Assembly (NCBI GenBank): GCA_047947115.1
Contig: CP170459.1
Location: 3,136,001-3,200,000 of the forward strand
Direction: 5' to 3'
Length of the DNA: 64,000 bases
Origin: Verrucomicrobiota bacterium
GTDB lineage: Bacteria > Verrucomicrobiota > Verrucomicrobiia > Limisphaerales > AAA164-E04
The position numbers and the translations under genes were made by a program. Positions within the stretch are counted from its first letter, which is position 1, and every line of letters starts with the position of its first letter. Positions 1 to 10,190 of this stretch are shown here, piece by piece. The notes under the pieces were generated by a model that was not told where the DNA came from, did not search any database, and saw only the letters and a program-made list of their open reading frames with translations.

Positions 1-1095
1 GAGTTCCGGGTAGGGCGGATTGATCGTGTGGTCATCGTCCTGGTTCTGTTGTTGTTCTTCATATTCTTTTTTGAGTCGGCTGTAGCGGCGGCGGACGGTT
101 TCGGCCATGCAGGCGAAGTCGTCTTGTCCTTTCACCGTTTTCATTTTGTAACGGCGGTAATTGGAGCGATCGGGGCGGCCGTTTTTAAAACGGACCATGG
201 AGGCAACTTTGAATGTTCCGCTGATGTTCGAGATGTCGAAACCTTCAATGCGTACTGGGAGTTCGATTAAACCCAGGACCTTGCGCAGCTCGGTCATATC
301 GGCGATGGGATCGATGGCAAGGGGTAAATTGTAGGGGAGTCGGGAGAATTTGCCGGTTTTTTGAGTGGCCTTTTTGAGGTCCTGCAGCATGTCACGGAGT
401 TCGGCGGCTTTTTCGAAGTCCTGTGATTCGGCAGCCTTTCGCATCATGGATTCCAGTTCGGTTTCCATTTCGGACGATTGTCCGGTCAGGAATTCACATG
501 CGGCTTCGACTTGTTTGAGGTAGTCTTCCGTGCTGATGTTGCCGATGCAAGGTGCGGTGCAGTGCTTGAGGTGTCCGTAGAGGCAGTGTTTGTAATCGTG
601 TTCGTTGGGGGTTAGCGGGCGGCAACCGCGCAGGTTAAACTTTTGTCGTACCAGGGTCATTGTACGGCGAATGGCACCCGAACTGGCGAAGGGGCCGAAG
701 TATTGGCTGCCGTCATCCTGGCGCATGCGCGTCAGGGTGAAACGTGGGATGGAGTCTTTCAGGTTGACCTTTAGCAGCAAGAATCTTTTGTCGTCCTTGA
801 AACTGATGTTGTAGCGGGGTTTGAATTCCTTGATCAGTTTTCCTTCCAGCAGCACTGCGTCCGGATCGCTTTTGACCTGGTGCACGTCGAAGTCCTGGAT
901 GGCTTCCACCAGGGCATTGAATTTCATGTCCCAACGTTGACGTCGCGAGGGATGGAAATACTGACTGACGCGCTTGCGCAAGCTCTTCGCTTTGCCGATG
1001 TAGATGACCGTTCCGAAACGGTCTTTCATCAGGTAAACACCTGGTTTGTGCGGCAGTTTGGACAGTTTTTTCCGAATGGTCTCATTAATGGGCAT
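1..1095 (-). CDS. uvrC: Excinuclease ABC subunit C (partial, runs off the window start)
   Basis: Not in the ORF track. Manual translation from the ATG at 1095 gives MPINETIRKKLSKLPHKPGVYLMKDRFGTVIYIGKAKSLRKRVSQYF (GIY-YIG), then a UVR segment and RIEGFDISNISG...YRRYKMK...DDFACMAE (RNase H-like domain). Confidence 0.95.
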   Translation of the reverse strand, partial: MPINETIRKKLSKLPHKPGVYLMKDRFGTVIYIGKAKSLRKRVSQYFHPSRRQRWDMKFNALVEAIQDFDVHQVKSDPDAVLLEGKLIKEFKPRYNISFKDDKRFLLLKVNLKDSIPRFTLTRMRQDDGSQYFGPFASSGAIRRTMTLVRQKFNLRGCRPLTPNEHDYKHCLYGHLKHCTAPCIGNISTEDYLKQVEAACEFLTGQSSEMETELESMMRKAAESQDFEKAAELRDMLQDLKKATQKTGKFSRLPYNLPLAIDPIADMTELRKVLGLIELPVRIEGFDISNISGTFKVASMVRFKNGRPDRSNYRRYKMKTVKGQDDFACMAETVRRRYSRLKKEYEEQQQNQDDDHTINPPYPEL

Positions 1096-1257
1096 GGTCG
1101 GAGGAGTGACCTGACAGGCCTGTTTTTTACCATGAAAACGCCGGGAACACGAAGTTTTTTTGGGAGAGGATCACGCGCATCCCGTCACGCCAGGAATTGT
1201 GTGTCCAGTTGCCGTCGTTCACGTTTCGTCGTAATAAGGTCTCCTTCTGGTGCCGGT

Positions 1258-1827
1258 TCAGGCTTTCAGAGATTCGATTTCCATGAAGGCGTAGCAAAGC
1301 ATGTGGCAGATGCCCATGTGACAATCTTCGACGCGACCGTAGTGTTCGGAGTCGATGACGATCAGGTGATCGGCCAGGTTTGCCAATCCACCGCGTTTGG
1401 CGCCAACGAAAGCGAGTACGATCAGGCCTTTTTCCTTCGCCCATTCGACGGCTCGAAGCAGGTTGGGGGAGTTGCCGCTGACGCTCATGGTGATGACGAC
1501 ATCGCCTGGTTGGGCGTAGTTTTCCATCTGGCGCTTGAACACGTCGTCGTAGGAGTAATCGTTTCCAATGGCGGTCATCCAGCTGACGTTGTCGTTGATC
1601 GAGAGCACCTTGAAGCGTTTGCTCATCTTGTCGGAGGAGCCTTTCCCAAGATCGGTGGTGAAATGGGAGGCGTTGGCCGCGCTGCCACCGTTGCCGAAAA
1701 CGAAGATGTGCTTGTCATCCTGCCAGGCTTTTTGCAGTACGCTGATGCATTCCGCCACTTTGTCGGCGGGGATGGAGTCGAGTGCGGTTTTTTGAGCTTC
1801 GATGTATGATGCAATCCAGTCGTTCAT
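1258..1827 (-). CDS. gmhA: SIS-domain sugar-phosphate isomerase, GmhA (phosphoheptose isomerase)-like
   Basis: Motifs FGNGGSAANASHF, TAIGNDYSYDDVF, SVSGNSPN, YGRVEDCH. Start could be 1827 or 1845. Confidence 0.75.
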   Translation of the reverse strand: MNDWIASYIEAQKTALDSIPADKVAECISVLQKAWQDDKHIFVFGNGGSAANASHFTTDLGKGSSDKMSKRFKVLSINDNVSWMTAIGNDYSYDDVFKRQMENYAQPGDVVITMSVSGNSPNLLRAVEWAKEKGLIVLAFVGAKRGGLANLADHLIVIDSEHYGRVEDCHMGICHMLCYAFMEIESLKA

Positions 1828-1918
1828 GGACAAGGAATCTTTCATGAAGCCGGGCAAAAGTCACGTCCAAATGGCGACTTGTAACCTGGTGGCTCAGTTT
1901 GTAATCCTTTTGCTCATC

Positions 1919-4900
1919 ATGATACACCCTATTGCCCGAACAGGAAATTGGCAGGCTGGATTGATTTGTCTGGTGTTGGTGGCGACGATGAATTTGACCG
2001 AAGCGCAAAACAATCGTCGTCAACGTGGCGCTGCCAATCAAGCGAACCATGCAAGCCAGGGTGATCCCTTGTTTGAACAATTCGCGCTGTACCGCAAGAA
2101 CGCGCCGCGCCCCTCTGAGGCCGAAAGCCCTCGTGCCACCAAACTTCCCCTGGTGTTGCCTCCGGACAGTCATGTCGCATTCATTGGCAACGCCCTGTTT
2201 GAAAGATCGGCTTGGTATGGTCAGTTTGAGTCGATGCTGCATGCAGCCTTTACGAAACATCAGTTAACCGTTCGTAACTTGTCCTGGGCGGCGGATACTC
2301 CGGACCTGCAGCCGAGACCCGACAACTTTGCGGATCTGGAGCAGCACTTGTTGCACGAACAGGTGGATGTGGTGTTCGCCGCTTTTGGGCTTAATGAATC
2401 CTTCGCGGGAGAAGAAGGGCTGGGGGTGTTCAAGCAAACGCTGGGGACCTTCGTCGAACGCCTCCGTTCATTGGCCTTCAACGGGCAGACGGGACCCCAG
2501 ATCGTTCTGGTTTCCCCGATTGCCTGCGAGAACATTCCCAATGTGCCGGCCGCCGACATGAACAATCAACGGCTTGCTCTTTACACAAAGGCCATGAGGG
2601 AAGTGGCGCAGGAGCGGCAGGTGGGGTTTGCTGATGTGTTCCAACCTGCTTCAAGTTGGCTGGCTGCATCAGACTCACAATACACCATCAACGGCCTGCA
2701 CTTGAATGAATCAGGTTACGCACGGTTTGCTGCAGATTTGTTCCAAGCCGTTTTTGGCCGTCCAGCACCGAACGTGCCCGAAATGTTGCGTCAGGCGGTT
2801 GTGGAAAAGAACCGGCAATATTTTCGGCGTTACCGTCCCTTGAACACGTATTATTATACCGGTGCTCGAAACAAGACTTATGGTTACTTGGATTTTCTGC
2901 CGGCGATGCGGAATTTTGAAATCATGGTTGGTAACCGTGATGCCTGGATCTGGGAGTTGGCCGGAGGGAATCTTGATGCCAAGCTGGACGATTCCAATCT
3001 GCCTCCCATGCCCGCAACACCTCAAAGCCGGGGTGCCAATCGATGGCTTTCTCCTGAGGATGAATTGGCCGAATTCAAGATTGATCCCAGATTCGAAGTG
3101 AACCTGTTCGCGTCCGAAGAACAGTTTCCCGATCTGGCTTGTCCCATCCAGATGCGATGGGATGCGCAGGGTCGATTGTGGGTGAGCTGTTCGACCACTT
3201 ATCCCCATGTTTACCCGGGAGGTGAACCGAAGGACAAGATCATTATTTTGGAGGATGTTGACAAAGATGGCCGTGCCGACAAATCCACAGTCTTTGCCGA
3301 TGACCTGGCGATTCCCTTGTCTTTTGAGCTTGGCGACGGCGGCGTGTATGTGTCCGAAGAGCCTCATTTCAGTTGGGTGGGGGATACCGACGGGGATGGC
3401 AAGGCGGATCAGCGGATTCGGTTGCTTTCCGGGTTTGGTTGTGAAGATTCGCATCACGCCTTGCACGATTTTGTGTGGACACCGGAAGGGGACCTGATGT
3501 TTCGGGAATCCATCTTTCATCACAGCCAGGTGGAAACGCCTTATGGACCCGTGCGAGTGGACAACAGTGCCTGGTTTTTATTTCGACCAGAAACACATCG
3601 TCTTCTGTCGTTCGGAAGTTATCCCAACACCAATCCTTGGGGCGTGACCTTCGATGACTGGGGATATCATGTCGCCAGTCACCCGGTGTTTGCTGCGGCG
3701 TTTCATGCTCCGAATCCACCTTATCCCGATCAACACCCCAGGGCGGCTGGGTTACAGGCTTACTCGGGTGTGTGCGGGCATGAGTTTGTGGACTTTGGAT
3801 TCTGGCCTGAGGAAATGCAGGGAGGTTTTGTTAAAGTGCGATACAAACCATCGAATCGCGTGGAGATCCATCAGTGGATTGAGAAGGACGATCATTTCGA
3901 GGAAGCTTATCAGGGAGACATCTTATATTCGTCCAATCTCAGTTTTATTCCAGTCGATCTCAAATACGGTCCGCGTGGGGCCATGTATGTCTGCGACTGG
4001 TATAATCCGGTTAAAGGTCACATGCAGTATTCATTGCGAGATGAGCGTCGAGATCGGCTTTCCGGGCGCATCTGGCGCATTGTGCCCAAAGGTGTCACGC
4101 TCCAGGATCCGCCGACCATCCACGGGGAATCCATTGTTGCATTGTTGGAGATTTTGAAACGACCCGATTATCGATATCGCTACTGGGCGCGCCGAGAATT
4201 GCGTGAACGTTCGGGTAACGAGGTGAAAACAAGTTTGGATCAATGGGTCAAACAGCTTGATCCCAAGGACGTTCGATACAGACATCACCAGATTGAAGCT
4301 CTCTGGCTCTACCGCACGATCGGTGCTTCCAATCATGATCTATTGCGAGATGTGTTGACGGGAGATCAGCATCATGCGCGCGCAGCAGCGACTCGTGTGC
4401 TGCGTTCCTGGCATGGAGATATGCCAGATGCATTGGAATGGCTTGCGAAGTCTGCGGCCGACGAGAGTGCATTGGTTCGCATGGAAGCCGCCATCGCCGC
4501 TGCCTGGATGGGGAGTCGGGAGGCCTTGGACATTCTCATCACCCTGCCGGATCGCCCCATGGGGGATCATCTGCGTTATGCGTTTGTCTGTGCACTCGGT
4601 TCGGAAAACATGAAACGTCATTGGGATGGGAATGCGCAATATGCCCTGGTGCCGGTTTTGCTGAAATCATCTGCCAAGGTGGAGGCGTTTCTCGAACCTT
4701 CAAAAAGCGCCCGTGATGCGGAGTTTGACCTGCAGCCGGATTTGGAAACGCTCCGTATCGCCTGTGTTCCCGAGCAGATGCGGTTCACCGTGGAAAAGGC
4801 GATTGTCAAGGCGGGGCAGCCCATCAAGTTGATTTTTACCAATCCGGATGCCACCGATCACAACTGGGTGTTGACGGAACCAGGGAAGATGGAAGCCGTC

Positions 4901-5677
4901 GGCATGGCAGCCAATGAGATGGTGAAAGATCCTGCGAATGCCGGTTCGGATTTCATCCCGTCCGATCAACGGGATGCCATCATTCAGTTCACCCCGCTAG
5001 TAGGTCCCGGTCGCAAGTCTAAAATCCACGTACTACGGTTCAATGCACCCGAAAAACCCGGCGTCTATCCGTTTGTATGCACCTTTCCTGGGCATTGGGT
5101 TGTGATGAACGGGGCCTTGTGGGTGACGGACGATCAGGTCGGGGAGAGCGAACTGGCCAATGCCATTTCAACGCCAACCTTTGTGAATGATTGGCAGATG
5201 TCCGATTTTGATCAGGTCAATGTCGCGGCTGATCCCAATACGATGATGCGTGGAATGAAGGCATTCCTGGATGCACAATGCCATCAGTGCCACCGTATGG
5301 ATGGTCGGGGTGTGGAGTTGGGACCTGATCTTACCACCGTTCGGGAACGGTTCAAAGGGAAGGAGCTGTTGCGTCAGATTTTGGAGCCCTCCTCTCATAT
5401 CGATGAAGCCTACCGACTGGTCCGCATCGAGACGAAGGATGAGACGGAATGGAGCGGAGGCCTGGTAGGGCAGGATGACCGGGAGATTCGCTTGCGCCCT
5501 AGTCTGTTGGTGCCGGATCAGGTCGTGACTTTGGATCGAAAGCAAGTTCGCTCCATTTATACCTCTCCACTTTCGCCCATGCCAGAAGGCATGGTTTCCA
5601 CCCTGACGCGTGAGGCCATTCTTGATTTGCTTGCCTATCTGGAAGCTGGTGGGCATGGCAGCCATGAGGGGCATTGA
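1919..5677 (+). CDS. Exported PVC-type multidomain protein: SGNH-like domain, beta-propeller dehydrogenase-like domain, HEAT repeats, azurin-like cupredoxin, c-type cytochrome
   Basis: Signal-like N-terminus; FEVNLFASE...PIQMRWD..GRLWV propeller; HN...YPFVCTFPGHWVVM type-1 Cu motif; CHQCH heme motif, GPDLT and SPMPEG. Start chosen to avoid overlapping the divergent SIS gene. Confidence 0.85.
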   Translation: MIHPIARTGNWQAGLICLVLVATMNLTEAQNNRRQRGAANQANHASQGDPLFEQFALYRKNAPRPSEAESPRATKLPLVLPPDSHVAFIGNALFERSAWYGQFESMLHAAFTKHQLTVRNLSWAADTPDLQPRPDNFADLEQHLLHEQVDVVFAAFGLNESFAGEEGLGVFKQTLGTFVERLRSLAFNGQTGPQIVLVSPIACENIPNVPAADMNNQRLALYTKAMREVAQERQVGFADVFQPASSWLAASDSQYTINGLHLNESGYARFAADLFQAVFGRPAPNVPEMLRQAVVEKNRQYFRRYRPLNTYYYTGARNKTYGYLDFLPAMRNFEIMVGNRDAWIWELAGGNLDAKLDDSNLPPMPATPQSRGANRWLSPEDELAEFKIDPRFEVNLFASEEQFPDLACPIQMRWDAQGRLWVSCSTTYPHVYPGGEPKDKIIILEDVDKDGRADKSTVFADDLAIPLSFELGDGGVYVSEEPHFSWVGDTDGDGKADQRIRLLSGFGCEDSHHALHDFVWTPEGDLMFRESIFHHSQVETPYGPVRVDNSAWFLFRPETHRLLSFGSYPNTNPWGVTFDDWGYHVASHPVFAAAFHAPNPPYPDQHPRAAGLQAYSGVCGHEFVDFGFWPEEMQGGFVKVRYKPSNRVEIHQWIEKDDHFEEAYQGDILYSSNLSFIPVDLKYGPRGAMYVCDWYNPVKGHMQYSLRDERRDRLSGRIWRIVPKGVTLQDPPTIHGESIVALLEILKRPDYRYRYWARRELRERSGNEVKTSLDQWVKQLDPKDVRYRHHQIEALWLYRTIGASNHDLLRDVLTGDQHHARAAATRVLRSWHGDMPDALEWLAKSAADESALVRMEAAIAAAWMGSREALDILITLPDRPMGDHLRYAFVCALGSENMKRHWDGNAQYALVPVLLKSSAKVEAFLEPSKSARDAEFDLQPDLETLRIACVPEQMRFTVEKAIVKAGQPIKLIFTNPDATDHNWVLTEPGKMEAVGMAANEMVKDPANAGSDFIPSDQRDAIIQFTPLVGPGRKSKIHVLRFNAPEKPGVYPFVCTFPGHWVVMNGALWVTDDQVGESELANAISTPTFVNDWQMSDFDQVNVAADPNTMMRGMKAFLDAQCHQCHRMDGRGVELGPDLTTVRERFKGKELLRQILEPSSHIDEAYRLVRIETKDETEWSGGLVGQDDREIRLRPSLLVPDQVVTLDRKQVRSIYTSPLSPMPEGMVSTLTREAILDLLAYLEAGGHGSHEGH

Positions 5678-5738
5678 ACGCGTCCTATTTCCATGGAGCG
5701 AAGAGCGCGAAACCTTGGATCTTGTCCAGTTTTTATTC

Positions 5739-8700
5739 ATGAAAAAAATCAATTTGAGAAACTTGTCCGTTTGGATTGTTGCGTTTGGATTGGGGATGCC
5801 CTCCTTGGCGGCAGCCACGGCGGGGCATGCTGAATTTGTCCATGCCATGCAACAATTGGAGTTGGCGGATGGATATGAAATCTCGTTGTATGCCGCCGAA
5901 CCTGACGTGTTGAATCCCATTGCATTGAGTGTGGATGAATCAGGGCGCGTTTATCTGGCCGAGACCGATCGATACCGTGATGCGGTCTTTGATGTCGTGA
6001 CCCAGAAACCGGAATGGTTGCCGGCAGATCTTTCGTTTCGCACTGTGGCGGATCGTACCGATTTCCTGAAACGCGAGTTTAAGGGCAATCTGGTACCACT
6101 TACCCGGGGTACTGAACGTGTCAGGGTCCTGTGGGATGTTGACGGCGATGGAAAGGCGGAACGCAGCACTGTCCTTGCCGATGGATTCAGCTCCATCCCG
6201 ACCGGACCGGCAGCCGGATTGTTGGCGCATCGAGGTCGGGTTTGGTTTCAATGTCTCCCCGGTCTGTGGAGAATCGATTGGTCTCCTGAAACCAATCAAC
6301 GGCATGGCATGAGGCAACTCCACGAAGGGTTCGGTGTTCACGTGGGAGTCTCGGGGCATGATCTGCACGGTATCACCTGGGGGCCGGAGGGAAGACTTTA
6401 CTTTTCCATGGGAGACCGCGGGTTGCATGTCGAGACTCCGGAAGGAACGTTGCATTATCCGGACACGGGCGCGGTGTTGCGTTGTGAGCCGGATGGATCG
6501 AATCTCGAGGTTGTGGCCTATGGTTTACGTAATCCACAGGAGATCGTATTTGATCCCTACGGAAATTTGTTTGCGGGGGATAATGACACATCGGGCGCCG
6601 ATAAATCGCGTATTCTGCATATTGTTCCACACGGAGACTATGGGTGGCGTTGTTCGTATCAGCACATGCAGGGATTCGGTCCCTGGGTGCAGGAATCATT
6701 CTGGAAAGGAGACATAGACGATATGCTGCCATCGACAGGGTATATCTCTCAAGGACCCTCCGGATTTGCGCTGCATCCTGAAGCCGGAGCGGAGGCCGAT
6801 ATGGCAGGGCCTTTCTTTATTTGTGATTTTCCAGGTGGGATACGATCGTTTGATCTGCGGCCCGACGGCGCCACCTTTGCCGCTTCGGACAATCAGAAAT
6901 GGCTGTGGAACCTTTGGGCGACGGACTTGGTCTTTGGTCCTGATGGAGTGGCCTATGTTACAGATTGGGTGGCGGGTTGGCAACAACCCGAGAAAGGCCG
7001 TGTTTACCAGATCAAAGCAGCCGAAGGCAACGCGGGATTGCTGGGGGCGGATGTGCGGCCCGTGATCTGGAGCATGAAGTCAGAGACCCGGCCAGAGCAG
7101 CTCGGAACCCTTTTATCTCATCGAAACCAATGGGTGAGACGTGAAGCGCAATTTCGCCTGGTGGATTTAGGGGAGGTTTCGGCGCGTGTCTTTGTGCGAA
7201 CATTGTCGGAAAACGAATCGGTGCTTGCTCGTTTGCATGCGGTCTGGGGATTGAGTCAGCTTACCCGCACCCAGCAGCCCACTTTGAAAGCCTATTATCA
7301 ACATGCAGCCAAAAGGGGGCTCAATGATTCGCAACCATCCGTTCGATCTGCAACGCTTCAATGGATCAGTGATGTGCCGGCCCTGGAGTTGTGGCAAGAG
7401 GTTGAAGGGCGCCTGGATGATGCTGATCCATCGGTAGTCATGTATGCAGCTTTAACCTTGAGTCATTGGTTGAGTCGATGGCCTGAAGTTGCGACGAAGA
7501 GTGAGACCTTCCTTCCCAGGGTTTTTGCAGGTTTGGAAGAGACATCATTAAAGGGGAATGCGCATCTGAGGCATGGGTATCATGTGTTGTTGAGCCGTTG
7601 GATCCAATACACAAAACCCGTGGAAGCCGTGGTGGATGGTTTGAGAAAACATCACTCGGAAAGTATTCGGTTGGCCATGTTGCAGGCGGCTCGTCGTTTG
7701 AAATCCACCAGTGCTGCCTTGTTTCTGTCGGATGCATCACCTCAGATTCGGGATTCGGCAGTTCGTGCCATTTACGATCAACGTATTGATGATGCTTTGC
7801 CGATCCTGCTTGATTGGACGCCTCCTGCCGGATCGAGTCCCGGAACGTATCGGCGATGGCTCTGGGCTCACTATCAGGTTGGAGGGGAACCCTGTTTTCG
7901 TAAGTTGGTCCATTACCTGGCTGGTTCGGATGTGGAGCCCGAGCTGATGGAAACCGAATTACCGTCCGATGTGAAACGAGTCTGCTTTGAAGTGCTGCGG
8001 AAATGGGGTGAAGGAACATCCCTGGATCCTGTGACCGGGTTGTGGCGTCCTGTTGCTGCACGTTCGACAGATCAGTTGGAGACCTTGTTGAAATCCAGGT
8101 TCGCCATTTTGTTTTCCAAGCAGAATGCCGCCATTCACCTGCCTTTGTTGGATTGGTTGACGGAAGGCACCATTGAGGATGCGGTTCCTTATATTGCAAA
8201 CTTGCTCGATTCACCTGATGCGAATCACGAAGTTAGGGCCGCATGCCTGAAAGCCCTCATTACATTGGATGCAGTGAAACGCACAGACTGGTTGCGTGCC
8301 GGGTTGGAAAGCGGTGTCGAATCAATGCAGTCTGTTGCGCTTGCTGCCTTGAGCGAGGGGGAAGGAGATCAACAGATGCCTGCTTTGTTCACTTTGTTGG
8401 AATGGTTCAAACCTGACTACGGCATCGAATTGCGGCAATCGGTCGTCAAATCAATCGCCCGCATGAATTCCACAGATGCGAAACAGGTGACCGAGGATTG
8501 GTGGCTGCAATTCAGGAATGGGACTTTTCCCGATGTGCTCAAGTTGGAACTGATCGAATCGGTCAGAGGGAGTGCCAAACCCGAGCGTCTTGCTTGGTGG
8601 AGGAGCTATCGTGACGAGGTCTTGTCCAAACAGTCCCGAGCGCTTCCGCTAGAAGTCCTGCATGGAGGTAATGTAGAAAGAGGACGTGCGATCTTCAGGG

Positions 8701-9080
8701 ATCGCGCCGATGTGGCCTGCATGCGTTGTCATCGTGCGGAAGGGAAAGGTGGGGTGGTGGGACCGGACCTGGATCGCCTATCGGAGCGCTTGACGCGAAA
8801 TCAGATACTTGAATCCGTCCTTTACCCCAACGCCGCCATCACGCCGGGATATGCTTCGGAACGCTTTTTCCTGAGCAATGACGAAGATCTTGCCGGGGTT
8901 GTATTGGAAGAATCCGGCACGGCAATCCGATTGCGCCTGGCCGATGGCTCGGAGAGGAACCTGGCCAAAGAACGCTTAGAGCAACGAGTATCCGCACTCT
9001 CTGCCATGCCTGAAGGTGTTGCGGCAGGTCTGAAGCCGGGCGAGCTGCGTGACTTGATGGCTTATCTGTCCGGTCTATAA
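5739..9080 (+). CDS. PVC-type heme-binding CxxCH protein (propeller dehydrogenase-like domain, HEAT repeats, cytochrome c)
   Basis: MKKINLR signal peptide; YAAEPDVLNPIAL, GLRNPQE, DND motifs; CMRCH...GPDL...SAMPEG. Confidence 0.88.
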   Translation: MKKINLRNLSVWIVAFGLGMPSLAAATAGHAEFVHAMQQLELADGYEISLYAAEPDVLNPIALSVDESGRVYLAETDRYRDAVFDVVTQKPEWLPADLSFRTVADRTDFLKREFKGNLVPLTRGTERVRVLWDVDGDGKAERSTVLADGFSSIPTGPAAGLLAHRGRVWFQCLPGLWRIDWSPETNQRHGMRQLHEGFGVHVGVSGHDLHGITWGPEGRLYFSMGDRGLHVETPEGTLHYPDTGAVLRCEPDGSNLEVVAYGLRNPQEIVFDPYGNLFAGDNDTSGADKSRILHIVPHGDYGWRCSYQHMQGFGPWVQESFWKGDIDDMLPSTGYISQGPSGFALHPEAGAEADMAGPFFICDFPGGIRSFDLRPDGATFAASDNQKWLWNLWATDLVFGPDGVAYVTDWVAGWQQPEKGRVYQIKAAEGNAGLLGADVRPVIWSMKSETRPEQLGTLLSHRNQWVRREAQFRLVDLGEVSARVFVRTLSENESVLARLHAVWGLSQLTRTQQPTLKAYYQHAAKRGLNDSQPSVRSATLQWISDVPALELWQEVEGRLDDADPSVVMYAALTLSHWLSRWPEVATKSETFLPRVFAGLEETSLKGNAHLRHGYHVLLSRWIQYTKPVEAVVDGLRKHHSESIRLAMLQAARRLKSTSAALFLSDASPQIRDSAVRAIYDQRIDDALPILLDWTPPAGSSPGTYRRWLWAHYQVGGEPCFRKLVHYLAGSDVEPELMETELPSDVKRVCFEVLRKWGEGTSLDPVTGLWRPVAARSTDQLETLLKSRFAILFSKQNAAIHLPLLDWLTEGTIEDAVPYIANLLDSPDANHEVRAACLKALITLDAVKRTDWLRAGLESGVESMQSVALAALSEGEGDQQMPALFTLLEWFKPDYGIELRQSVVKSIARMNSTDAKQVTEDWWLQFRNGTFPDVLKLELIESVRGSAKPERLAWWRSYRDEVLSKQSRALPLEVLHGGNVERGRAIFRDRADVACMRCHRAEGKGGVVGPDLDRLSERLTRNQILESVLYPNAAITPGYASERFFLSNDEDLAGVVLEESGTAIRLRLADGSERNLAKERLEQRVSALSAMPEGVAAGLKPGELRDLMAYLSGL

Positions 9081-9081
9081 C

Positions 9082-10014
9082 TTATCGAACCACCAACACC
9101 GAGCATGCGGCATGCTGGACGACCCGTTCCGCCGTGCTGCCGAGCAGCACGTGTTTGAGTCCGGTGTTACCTTGAGTGGAAAGGATGATCAGATCCGACC
9201 GTTTTTTCTTGGCCCATTCGGTTATCTGGAAATGAGCTGATCCTGATTTGACGGAATGGCTGTTGATGAGGTCCATATCGACTTTTTCCTTTTCAAGGAA
9301 ATGTGCCATTTGTCCTTTGGCGGTTTGAATGGCCGAGCGTTCCTTAACCGCCAGATGTGCGTAACCGAACTCGGGATAAGCCGGCGGTTCCACCACATGG
9401 ACGATATCGATCGTGGCCCCGAAGTCCTTGGCGAAGGATTGGGCGTAAGCCAGTGTCTGGCGGCTTTTTTCGGAAAAATCCACCGGCACCAGAATTTTTT
9501 TGAAATGCGACACGGAGGATTTGGTACGGGTCCTGCGTTCTCGATGTACGAGGACGGGAGTGCTCGCGTGTCGAACGATACGTTCGGCAGTGCTGCCGAG
9601 CAGGACATGCTTCAACCCCGTGTTGCCATGGGTGGTGATGATGATCAGGTCATGGCCCCTTTTTTTTGCTGCCTGAGTGATTTCCTGGGAAGGGACGCCG
9701 GTGATGATATCGGTTCGGATGCGGTCTTGTAACGTTCCTGCAGAGCGGCGTTGTTGTTCGAGATAATCACGCCCGTAGCCTTCCAGTTTTTCTTCATCCA
9801 CCAAAGCCAGCGCGGTTTTGGGGCAAACGTACAGGAGCGTCATATCGGCGTCCATGCTGTTGATGAAAGTGAGCGCATACTCAAACAGCTTTTGAGCTGG
9901 TGTGGAAAAATCGATCGGGACCAAAACCTTTTTGAATCCATTTTTCGGGTATGGGACGATTTGATCGTTGTTCTTCCTTTTGGAGACTTTTTGGGATGGG
10001 CTGTTCTTTTTCAT
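9082..10014 (-). CDS. Universal stress protein with two tandem USP domains
   Basis: Two copies of KK(V/I)LVP(I/V)DFS...T(H/Q)GNTGLKHVLLGSTAER(I/V)V; AGGAAGG-like RBS before the ATG at 10014. Confidence 0.92.
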   Translation of the reverse strand: MKKNSPSQKVSKRKNNDQIVPYPKNGFKKVLVPIDFSTPAQKLFEYALTFINSMDADMTLLYVCPKTALALVDEEKLEGYGRDYLEQQRRSAGTLQDRIRTDIITGVPSQEITQAAKKRGHDLIIITTHGNTGLKHVLLGSTAERIVRHASTPVLVHRERRTRTKSSVSHFKKILVPVDFSEKSRQTLAYAQSFAKDFGATIDIVHVVEPPAYPEFGYAHLAVKERSAIQTAKGQMAHFLEKEKVDMDLINSHSVKSGSAHFQITEWAKKKRSDLIILSTQGNTGLKHVLLGSTAERVVQHAACSVLVVR

Positions 10015-10190
10015 ATCCTTCCTGTCTGTCTGGCACACCATACGATGGCAGTGCTCATATTACCATCCCTTATTTGTAGAATGGTGGCTTCAGTTTGTGA
10101 CCTGATCCACCTGATGAACTGTTTTATAAGATTGTCTTTTCCCCCGAAAAGTTGGAGTCTGCCTGCCATACCTGAAACGTTTACAAGATT

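Noticed and set aside
880..1809. 309-aa plus-strand ORF
   Set aside because: Antisense to uvrC and the SIS gene, with no recognisable motifs.
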